From NCBI GenBank assembly GCA_964035545.1, contig OZ037767.1:26924628-26988627 (forward strand): a stretch of 64,000 nucleotides of DNA, in the 5' to 3' direction. A program made the position numbers and the translations under genes. The stretch comes from Bugula neritina. Its lineage: Eukaryota; Animalia; Bryozoa. Under the pieces are notes generated by a model. It searched no databases and was not told the origin of the DNA. It saw only the letters and a program-made list of their open reading frames with translations. This document shows positions 53,101 to 64,000 of the stretch, in pieces. Position 1 is the first letter of the stretch. The number at the start of each line of letters is the position of its first letter.

Positions 53101-56100
53101 TATTGAGAGAGCTACGGAAGAGGAGTACAATGCCGGCTTTCACTGCTTACCCAGTGGTGGTGAGTCATACTTTACTCTCTGATTAGATTGTCTTTGGTTG
53201 TGAATGTGTATTGTGGGTTTATATATTGTGGGTGTGTATCGTGGGTTTTTATTTTAGTATTAACTGCAGGCTTGTCTTGTTCCGTTTTGTAGTTGTGTAG
53301 TGTGGATATTTACTGTGGATATATACTGTGGGGGTATACTGTAAATAGATGTAATCGTGAGTATTTGTTGAGGGTGTGTAGGGTTGTGGGGTATTTATTG
53401 TAGTCAGTAAACTAATTCTCTCTACCTGCATATTACTGAATGCTGTAGACTTGTACGTTGTGCCTGAGCTTATTGCTGAGCAAGATGACAATGCTGGAAT
53501 CGGTCGACTCCCGGGTAGTGTTCAGAATCGTAAGAAGCGAGAGGTGAGACAACTTCACTCCTATTTATATGTAGTTTTATTTTTTCTATATTTTATGTCT
53601 ACTTATATGTTATATGTTGTATATATATTATATGTAATTAGATATCTTATATATAATTATATATATTATGTGTTGTTATATGCTATATATATTATATGTA
53701 GTTATATTCTGTATATTATATGTAGTTGTCTATGTATATATTATATGTTGTTATATATATTATATAGCTATATACTGTATGTTATATATTATGCATATTA
53801 TATGTAGATTACTGACTACCTGATTGGTTCATAATCTACTTTGGTATCCAATGATATTCGCAGGTGTCTGCTAGCACCAAACAAGAGCTGATGAAAGAAA
53901 TAGCTGCTGGTGATAGGAAAAGAAGAGACACTAGTGATGCAATTAATGGAATCACTCTCTACGCCAACAGCAAAACACGGTTCATACGTAAAGCTGTTCC
54001 TAAAAATGTAAGTTCTACTAACCGCCACAAGTGTGGTTCTATTGTTCTTGTAGAAAATTGGTACACATCAGTCATATCTTTTTTGTTTTGTAATTTTGCT
54101 TCTTCAACTCAACTGCCACTAATATCTGTATTTGCTGCTTCTATTGTAACTGAGTTCATTATTTCTGTTTCAGATGTCGAGCCTTAGAGAGATCAGAGAG
54201 CAATATCTGGCTAAGCGCCGCGTGACTACATTTCAAGGTATTCCTGAGTACATACAGGAGGAGTTGGCTAAGAACAACGCCGATCTGGGTATGGGAAGTC
54301 AGGGCCGCAGAATAGTGGCCAAGTTCAAGGCCAAAGCTGACAGGAAAGCAAAGGATGAGAGCAAGAAGGAGAAAAAGTTGTCAAGAAAGAAAAGATCTGC
54401 TTTCAATGCTGTCAATCTGGATAGGTGAGAATTACTTGATGTTCTCATGGTTAGTTTTCTCCTCAGTAAGTTTCACGTGGTGCCAATTATAATGGCTCTC
54501 TGGTCCAAGCAATTTGAACTGTTGGGCAATGTTGTAAAACCTGTAATAGTGCAGGCATACTAATTGTTATTTACTACTAAAGTTTCACAAGGGCAGAGGT
54601 TTTAAATGGTCTTATTGTGTTATTTGTTACGTAATATGTGAGTATGAGGAATATCCTGCATGTATTCGGCATTTAAGTTTAAACCTATTGTATGGACTTT
54701 CTCTTTCATCTATCAGAGCGCAAGATGTCTTCAAACGCAAGACTCAACTCACTCCTGACAACTGTCTCTCCTTCTCTGAGGAAGATTGGAAACTGCCTGG
54801 CGACACCAAATATGGTGTGAAAACCAAGTTGGAGAGGTTTGGCAGACTCGGAGTTCGACTTGCCGATTTCCTCTCTAGTTTCCTGCAGAATGTGGATGGA
54901 CAGCAAGATTATGGTGTGTATAGCTACTGTGTGTAAAGTGTTGTATACAGTACAGCTACTGTGTGTAGAGTGTTGTATACAGTATAACTACTGTGTAGAG
55001 TATTGTATACAGTATAGCTACTGTGTAGAGTATTGTATATAGTATAGCTACTGTGTAGAGTATTGTATATAGTATAGCTACTGTGTGTAGAGTATTGTAT
55101 ACAGTACAGCTACTGTGTGTAGAGTGTTGTATACAGTATAACTACTGTGTAGAGTATTGTATACAGTATAGCTACTGTGTAGAGTATTGTATATAGTATA
55201 GCTACTGTGTAGAGTATTGTATATAGTATAGCTACTGTGTGTAGAGTATTGTATACAGTACAGCTACTGTGTGTAGAGTGTTGTATACAGTATAACTACT
55301 GTGTAGAGTATTGTATACAGTATAGCTACTGTGTAGAGTATTGTATACAGTACAGCTACTGTGTGTAGAGTGTTGTATACAGTATAGCTACTGTGTGTAG
55401 AGTGTTGTATACAGTACAGCTACTGTGTGTAGAGTATTGTATACAGTATAGCTACTGTGTGTAGAGTGTTGTATACAGTATAGCTACTGTGTAGAGTGTT
55501 GTATACAGTATAGCTACTGTGTAGAGTATTGTATACAGTATAGCTACTGTGTGTAGAGTGTTGGAATATATATAGTTTATGGTGCTGTATTTAGTCGGTG
55601 TAATGAATAATCAAGTTAGATGTCTCTGTGTCTTACAGGTACTTTAAAAGGAGATAAATTGCTGAAGGAGGAGCAGCTCTTCTCTGAAGTTCTTTCTGTT
55701 ATTTTGGCTGAGCCGGACGTGGAGGGTATCGGACTGTTCTTTGATACGGATCAGTTCCACACTTACTCTACGCTGAGGGCGGGTAGTGCCAACCTGACTG
55801 AAGCCCTCCGCTACCTCCTCGAGCTGCAATATGGGGCTATCAGTGATATACAGCTCAATGAGGAGCTGCAGAAGATTGCTGATGGCTACAAGTTTGTGTT
55901 AGAAACCACAAAGGAGCTTTTTGGACCATACGCTTATACAGTGTGTACGTACAACCTATATTATATACAGTGTGTACGTACAACCTATATTATATACAGT
56001 GTATAATATATTACATTATATACAGTGTATAATATATTACATTACATACAGATTGTAGTATATATTATATACAATGTATAATATATTACATTATATACAG

Positions 56101-58720
56101 TGTGTAGTATATGATAAATACAGTGTGTAGTATATCGTACATACAGAGTGTAATAATATAATTATTATATATAGTGTATAAAGAGTATATTATATACCGA
56201 GTGTAGTATATATTATATGTTCTCAACATGTAGTGGGTGACGGGCAGAAAGACAACTACTTCACAGTAGATAGAGCTGGTGATGCCACTAGGTACACAGA
56301 TTTAGAGTGGTTTAAAGACATCAAACGCAGGTGGTCGTACAACACAGAAGGGCTGGTCAAATACACTCTCAATCCATGGATCAGGTACTTGTGTGTAATA
56401 ATGGTGTTGTATATATTGATGGTGTTGTGTATATTTATGGTGTTGTGCATGGGAAGACGATTAGCACGGCAGCAAGTAAGCTTGTAGCAGTTTGTATATA
56501 TAATGCTCAGTCTAAGGATTCCTGTATATGTTTGTGCAGATCGGATGATGCTGGAAAGAATATTAGGAAGCACGAAGAATACCCATTAGTGTGGTACTCT
56601 GCAGGCTATGAGTCTGGACTGTGGAGTGACCCGTACTTTGATTGCCGGGGATATGTTAAAGATTGGATATTGTCGTACAGAGTTCCATTCTTTGGAAACA
56701 CGGGCTATGGAAGTGCAGTTGAGTTTAGGTGCGTGTGATGATGTCACCACTACTTGTGCTGCATATACACAGTTGTATTAGTCAAGGTCTAATCAAGACA
56801 GCTCTATACAATGAAAGGATAAGGCTTTTCCAAGTAGAGCTTGAAGCATCTCATTTTTATTTTGTTTTGTGCAGCTGAAAATAAACTATATCCCACTGAA
56901 GTATCTAAATATGGCTGTCATATAGTTGTTGCTGTCGTGTTGCATTATGTATTATCTATGTGGTTGTAGAGGAATCGTTACTGTAGACGTTAAACTAGAC
57001 CTCCTGGACATAGAGCAATGTCCCTCCGACTTCTACACTTCCAATGCTTTCATGGGCACAGCCAGATGCGACTATGAGACAACATACGTAAGTGTCTTTG
57101 TATGCTTTAGAAATCATTGTGCCTTTTCTATAGAAATCACCTCGTGTTATCTGTAGAGATCACTGTACATGCATTAGACCTCACTGACAACACTGCTTAC
57201 TAGTTTCGAGCCTCGTTGTGGAGCACAATGCTATTTGACAGTGTGCATTGGCCCAGAAACAATAGATTACACTGTGTATTAGCTCTAGATGTTGTTGGCT
57301 GCTAGCTGTAGACATCACTGGCTGTATGTAGACTTCACTGGCTGTAGAAATGCTGGTGACGGCTGGTGATTGGCACTAGCGGAATTATCACCTGAGTGTC
57401 TGTGTGCTGCTCCCTTTGTGCCAAACATCAACCTCTCACACAGAGTGCACCTGCCTGCTTATCTTAATGGCTGTGTCATACATATTGTAGGCTGTAGAGA
57501 TCAGTGCTTGCTTTCATATAGTTTATATTCATGTTGTATACACCACACTGCTCTACGCACTGTAATACACACTGTTCTACGCAATATTTTACACACTACA
57601 ATACACACTGTTCTACACATTGTGTACAATGTAGTGAGCATATATATTACATATCATGTAGGCTGTTCTGTAATATTTTGTTTATGATTTTCATTCATCG
57701 ATAGTGATAGAATGCATTCACTGAAATTCGCTCTTTAAAAGTGTTCAAACTTTTCTTTAATAGTTAACAAATGAAGGAAGTTTTAAATTACGAATAGTTT
57801 TAGTATAGTAATAGACGATTGAGGTCTTGACACCAACTAAGTCGGAAATACATTAGGTAAAGTAAAAGATCTTTGAGTTCAACTGCGGCAACACTATATG
57901 GCCTAATCAAATGCAGGTTTATCTTCTGCAAATAGTTCTGTCCAATAAAATTGAGTTATAACTGACAGTACTGATGATTTGTATCAATAAAAGTTATTTT
58001 GTCCAGCAAAGTCACTGCTCCTTAATCGTTATGTTTTGGAACAGTCATAAAAAGTTACATAACCAAATTTAGCTCAATTGCTGTGAGTTACTTTTCTCTT
58101 GAAGTGGGATTGGGCCTTTTTATTTGATACAATATACTGCAAGTATTGCACAACCAGTTCACACAAGATTTATGTTGGACAGGTTTTCATGTTTACACTT
58201 CTTCTAAAAGGCAATCTCATTTAATTCTCAAAAAGCTAGTGCCTACAATTTTGGCTGTTGGTTTCTGTATAGATTTGTTATAATTTTGTTATATAATTTA
58301 AGTAATTTTCAGTTGCTTTGTAAATTTTAATTCAATATCTCTTGGTTTTGGAAAGGTTGCTCTTTTGGTTTTTCATAATTTAGGTAGTTGTGTGCTCTCT
58401 GCTGTTTAGCATTGATGGGTGAGCAACTCTCAATTTAATTCATTGGTTTTGTGTTGCAGTGCCAACGAATAGAAAACCAGGGATTTCAGCTGCACCAGGG
58501 CTACAGGTGTGACTGTAAACAAGGATATGAGTATCCATGGAAGGGAGCTAATGAATACTTCTACACAGGTGACTTGATAGAAGATTCGCGGCAGAGATAT
58601 TTACGTAATGATACCAACAGATTCAACCGTTTGGTATGCCGGATGTCAACTGCTACACACCCAAAGCTTACAGTCATCACACTTTTTATCTCTCTTATAT
58701 TTTCTTACTTTATGCATTGA
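50194..58720 (+). CDS. Uncharacterised secreted, probably GPI-anchored protein (~1001 aa, 15 exons) with two GPR158/179-ectodomain-like (Cache plus Cys-rich) repeats and a polybasic linker; no 7TM
   Basis: Exons 50194-50629, 50849-51003, 51502-51629, 52028-52306, 52689-52818, 52994-53159, 53449-53543, 53864-54007, 54174-54424, 54717-54913, 55639-55944, 56234-56384, 56540-56728, 56970-57087, 58460-58720 join in frame (3006 nt). It has a signal peptide and an internal duplication: FFD...LFGP.A...PYFDC....W....P...GV/I...DV.....I..C...F.G...C...C...GF...GY.C.C..G..YP occurs twice. Hydrophobic C-terminus with no cytoplasmic tail. Confidence 0.85.
54918..55562. repeat. 30/32-bp minisatellite (TATAGCTACTGTGT(GT)AGAGTATTGTATACAG x~21)
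   Basis: Highly homogeneous array filling most of intron 10 of the 50194-58720 gene and starting at the donor site. Confidence 0.95.
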
Positions 58721-59357
58721 ATTTGATTATTTTATATTGGCTAGATTATTTCTACAAAGTAACTTGTTTCCATGTGCAACATTCCACTTTACATTCCACT
58801 TATTTTATAATTGCTATTGCCAACGAATTTTATACTTCTCTAGAATCACCTTCAAGCAAATCTACTATTAATATATCTCTAATCTAATACATTCCATTTG
58901 TACATAAACATTTACTGTTTGCTGCCTGCATATATACTATTATGTTGATGGTAAATAACGTTTAATAAAGATTTTGATATCTTATGGAAGATATGCATTT
59001 CTCTTTTTCCCCGGAGTTATTGAATATGTGAAGATTGGTGCATAGAAATCACCTAATACAGCTATTTGAATGTTTATTTTTGATTAATTTGAAAGATTGC
59101 TGAAAAATCGTGAATAAAATATGTAGTATATAGCAAAATAAGAATAAAATAAATGTAGTATAACTGGTGTTGGATGATCATAATATACAAGTTTATGAAT
59201 TTTGGTCATGAAACATTAGCACACTTCCAGGGAACTTTAATTAAAATAGCATGGCTGAGGATGGTGAGTTTAAAGTAGCCACGTCTGCATAGTAAAAGCT
59301 TGTGCAGTTGGCCTCAAAAGGATGTAATCACGTGACAAGTGATGAAAATGTCTTCAT

Positions 59358-62300
59358 TCAAAGGTAATTAATTATTGCTGAAATGGATAAAACAAACATC
59401 GTTATGAAGTTGGAGTTGCCCCCACTACATAAGGTTTGCTGGGCAACAGGAACTGGCTCTGTTCTTGAATACAGCCAATCATATTCAGCTTGCATACCTT
59501 TGTTCTTCAAATACACCCCAGTCTTTTCTCTGCATTCTCTATGGTAGGTATTCAGCCATTTTCGCTGCACAATATATACCAGATGTGTAAATTGATGTGA
59601 TGTGTAAATTGTGTTGTATCTCATGCTCTAGCACCAACTAACAACTGGTTGAGCTCAAGGTGGATATTATAACAAATAACACAGTTTGCCATTATCTATG
59701 TGAGATGATTAACAGGAAAAACAACTTATTTACATCAGTTTATAGGCACCTCAGACGCTACTGTGTATGCATAGAGACATCCCTTTGAGCTACTAATGCT
59801 TGATAACTAATTAGTAAATCAACACAACTGATCACAGTTATGGAGCAAAGTTCGAACAACCAAGATAATGTTATTAGTTATCAAGTTTTTACCTGTGATT
59901 CACTCAAAAGTTCAAGCTTGATAAGTTTCTTCTCAAATGGTACAAAGGCTATAGCCTCAAATCCAAGAGTGTTATCTGACTGCCCATACTGTGAAACATA
60001 AACGGGTTGTAAAACTAATTTAGCTTATGGTATCAGTAAGTATAAGAAGATTGCATTCTAATGTTTAAAATTAGTTGCAGTTCATGATAACTCAGTTATA
60101 TTATAAGAGTTTCCTAAACCATGTATATGTGGAGTTGAGTATCTAAATAGTTGTCTCTAAATAAATTATATGCTCTTATACACCTGCCCTTTGCATTAAG
60201 ATAAAGATACTGAAAGCAGTTCATGATCAAACAAATGTTTCAGCTGATTAGATTAATTTAATTGGAGTACTTTACACCCTCCCTTTGAAAAAAGATAAAG
60301 GCATTAAAAAGGAGGAGATTAAGGAGTGAATTTTCACATTGCCATTTCACACTGTGTGTCTTAGTTTTAAATTTGCAGTATCAAAATAGAAGCTTTTAAA
60401 ATGAGTAAAAAGTGCAAGGCAACCATATCGATATATGACAACTCCTAATTTGTTATGAGATTGCTTCGAGGGTAGCATGTACTGCTCTGTATCTGAACAT
60501 TTACAACTGAGACTATATAATATATAGTAGAAGTAAAACAAAACAACAATCCATCTGATCTCACCTCGGTGCTCATGTACTTGGCCATCACAATTGTTTC
60601 TAAGCGCACTCCAAACCCTCGATTTTCATCATAGTAGCCTGGTTCTAAGCAAAATAGTTGAGTTTCATACACATTAGACTAAATGGCACACAATGATATA
60701 CCTATATAATTATTCCTGGTGGTTAGAAAATGTTATTTTAATATATCAGTAAATGCAAACAGCTTACCATCAGAGAAAAACATGCCATCATAAATCGGCC
60801 TTTCGTTTGATACGGAGGAAGATGCACGACGGCCCGCAATTCTTGCAGGACCTACATGTGCAGAAATAATGGTTATACACGACTGTGAATTTTTACAGAA
60901 GTACTATTGACATTATAAATTGTATGCCAACTACTGATTGGTTGAAACTAACCTTCATGCACGTTGAGAAACATGCCAATACCATGTCCAGTACCGTGCC
61001 CGTAGTCCAAACCATATTGCCACAAAGGTCTTCGGGCTAGCGTGTCCAATGAAGAACCTATATACATGTAGTAATAGTTCATAAAATATCTGTTGCTATA
61101 CAGTTCATACTGAAAATCAGTGTGTTACAAAATTTGAAATGGATGAGCCAAAACTCGTTTCCCGTGAACATTAAATTGAAAAATTTTTACAGAAAAGTTA
61201 ACAAGTAAATTATTACAAAGCTACGTTTATTGAAAGTACTCGGTACTTAGTTAAACACTATCAAGGAGAGCAGGTGTTGTGTTGCTTAAAGTATTTAATT
61301 TCCTTAACATTTTCACGGTCATACTGTGAGGTAAATCTTCTGAAAAAGTCAAAAGTTCTCGATATCTTTAAGCTTACATAAAGTGCATACAAAGGTTTTG
61401 TTTTAAAAGCATTTACCAACCCAGAACTTATAAATTAATTTAAACACATGACTCGATTCCTATAGCATGACTATATAATAATAGTAATATGAATACGTCA
61501 CTGCACTATGTAAAAGTTATGTATAAATGCACCTTTACACTTTCACTGCTTGAAGAAGTATACACAAATGATATATTATATTAAGATACTAGAAAATTTA
61601 ATAAGCTTACCCAGTGTTTTGTTAGCAGGAAATTTAACCATAGCAAGATCAATAACTCCAAGTAGTACAAGTGTATAAGCCAGCTAAATAGAAGAACAAG
61701 AATATATTATAACGCTATTGCACAGTATGAAACTGCTACAGGTTTGTTATATTAATTTTAAGTGTTTTGAGCTTCAAATTAGCAAATTATGGATTTTCCA
61801 CACAAATTCATATGTAAGATTTGTAAAGGTTTTGTGATTGTTAAAACAGTTATTTCTCTCTGATAATACAATTTATATATATATATATTCTATAGCCTAC
61901 CAATAACACAATACCTATCTATGTAACACTTATGTAATACCTATGAATTACCTATGCAATATACTCATGTAATGCTTACATAATATCTATTGGCAACTTG
62001 CAAAATTCCTTTTAAACAGTAAACTTTTATAGCTATGAAATGTTCACCTTCTGAAAATCAGTGGGCTCTCCAAAGTGAAATGTTCTTGTGATATCTGTAG
62101 TACCATTTCTGAAATAGTGCAATACTCTACAGTAATTCAACAATCTGTTTGTAATACACAGACATAGCATAGTACAGCATGTAGATTATATAAACCATAA
62201 TACATGTGTGTAAGTTTTGAACTTGATCTACAAGTTACATGCGACAGGTGCATAGCAACTATGAGCTCAAATAGACTATTAATGCCTGCACGCTTTTAGT

Positions 62301-62703
62301 AGACGAAATAATAACTTGACTAAAATTGAAATCAAAATTCTAAATACAAAATTTACACCATTATCACAGGAAAAACTATGTTAAAAATACCAGAGAAGGC
62401 TACAATCAACTTGAGCGAATAGCAAACACTCACAAGTACTGGCCACCTGAGTCAAGGAGTAACATGTTGTTCTTATTCACTGCATTGTTGGTGGCCTCCG
62501 TGGCAGAATAATGTATGTATGCACCGTTCTTACCAGACCCTGCTATGGTATTGAAACTCAGCCCTCTATTTCCAACCTGTTCCCTGCAATTCATATAATA
62601 ATATGCTTCTTGTATGTGCATCTTTAATGGTTTCAGCTTAAATGCTGCATTGCTTTTTAAGTCAGTTAGATATATTAGTTGACCACTATAATTTTAAAAG
62701 CTG

Positions 62704-62759
<56 letters not shown>

Positions 62760-63863
62760 GTGTCACATGGGTGTCACATAGGTGTCACAAAGTTGTCACA
62801 TGGGTGTCAAATAGGTGTCAAGCAAGTGTCACACAGGTTTTATTCTTACATTCTTAATTTATCAATCTCTTCTCCTACTTTTATCTCATTCCATTCAATG
62901 CCTTCATTCAGTTCTTTCTCCAGTCTAGTTATGAGTTGAATAATGACTGCAGAATCTACAATCTAACGTGTAGCAGGTTCGATCAATTGTCTATAATCTA
63001 TATGATTTATTATATAATCTAACTCCCAATTGTCTATAAATCACTGCATGTATGATGCAATTACCACAAGTGTCTATAATTTGTTGCATAATAAAACTCA
63101 CAGTTGTTTGCAATAGCCAATAGCTATTACTATCAAAAACGTAACATCATAATTATTATATGATAATAGCTACACACCATTAACAGACTAAAGTAAGGAA
63201 ATGGCTAATGTAGTGACTAGAACGCTGGCCTAGTAGAGGCTATGCTGTGGGTTTGAATCCCGGCATGGCCATTGGTGATGTCAGGGAGAACCATAATTGG
63301 TCATGTGCCACAGCATGGTAAAGGCACAAGTCTCCCTCCGCTTGGAGGATAAACACTGAAAAAAATGCGAGTTTCTTGAAGACTTGGAGATTTCTGTGCA
63401 TGTCTATACATGTCTATACATGCAAGCAATGTACATGAATCACATTAGCTACTGTATAACATAAAAGTGACTTACATGGGCATGTCTCATACCATCTCTC
63501 TCAACCGAGTTTTTGACTGCTTTCATGAGTAACAGAGGTGAAGGGTCAGACTTAATTTGATTCTACAAAATAAAGTTCATACTCCACTTAGTATGACAAA
63601 TGAAAAACTACATACGATAAATATATAATATATTATATTTAAAAGTTACAATAGTTGGGTAACAAATAAAATAGGAGATGCACAAGGTTGAAGATTTGTT
63701 TTAAAGAAACCAGTAAAAATATTTATGTTCATATGGAAAGCACCTTGTTTGTGATGAGTGCTGAAATGTAGTAGTTGGTGCTGTCACTAATCCATACAGT
63801 CTTGTTTTCCTGAACATCATTAAAAGCCTGGATTCCACTATCTATAGCTGCATAGTCAAGAAC
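59358..63863 (-). CDS. Xaa-Pro aminopeptidase (aminopeptidase P, M24B), probably the GPI-anchored XPNPEP2-like type; 3' 11 exons, 5' part outside the window
   Basis: Exons 63863-63744, 63562-63476, 62962-62850, 62583-62434, 62108-62048, 61683-61611, 61057-60953, 60851-60768, 60644-60565, 59988-59893, 59564-59358. Motifs [73 protein letters not shown] and WLNTYH. C-terminus [22 protein letters not shown]. Confidence 0.93.
62706..62757. repeat. (TA)n microsatellite followed by GGTGTCACA-type short repeats
   Basis: About 25 TA units directly visible. Confidence 0.95.
63203..63365 (+). mobile_element. tRNA-derived SINE copy (related core, different 3' tail) in an aminopeptidase intron
   Basis: tRNA-like head (TAGAACGCTGGCCTAGTAG...GGGTTTGAATCCC) followed by CATTGGTGATGTCAG...CATAATTGGTCATGTGCC, which matches the core of the 17290-17504 copy. 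Ends in an A run. Confidence 0.7.
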
Positions 63864-64000
63864 CTGCAGCATATGATGAATAATGCGGTATTATGCATAG
63901 TGCTTTGCTTTTACCATAAAAATGAAATACTTAATTATTAAACCAACTCCTTCATAAAGAGTGATAAGTAATTAGTCATATTGTGTACAAAATAACATGC

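Noticed and set aside
57370-57687. 105-aa ORF within intron 14 of the 50194-58720 gene
   Set aside because: Low-complexity 3' half and no motif. The flanking exons already join in frame and complete the Cys-rich module.

Overview
AT-rich, intron-rich eukaryotic DNA. Gene content and exon structure indicate an invertebrate metazoan, probably a spiralian; the species cannot be determined from the sequence. Manual splicing (splice sites plus reading-frame phase) recovers seven recognisable or reconstructable loci: the 5' end of rootletin/CROCC (-), PEX2 (+), an NMDA receptor GluN1-type subunit (+, 19 coding exons, about 1006 aa), CNOT2 (-), SSR3/TRAP-gamma (+), an unnamed ~1001-aa secreted, probably GPI-anchored protein with two GPR158-ectodomain-like repeats joined by a polybasic linker (+), and the 3' part of a probably GPI-anchored Xaa-Pro aminopeptidase (-). 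The main hidden feature is an eighth gene that the ORF track shows only as fragments: a 10-exon, ~310-aa, highly divergent adhesion/secretin-class 7TM receptor with almost no ectodomain, nested antisense in the 8.8-kb second coding intron of the NMDA receptor gene. Other points of interest are a GC-AG intron at the NMDA pore loop, a candidate 21-nt neural microexon in the GluN1 tail, a six-fold tandemly duplicated 3' splice site in CNOT2, probable overlapping convergent 3' UTRs (GluN1/CNOT2), two head-to-head promoter regions, three copies of a tRNA-derived SINE and a ~155-bp hairpin element. All gene models were built by eye without RNA evidence, and family assignments rest on recalled motifs rather than database searches.
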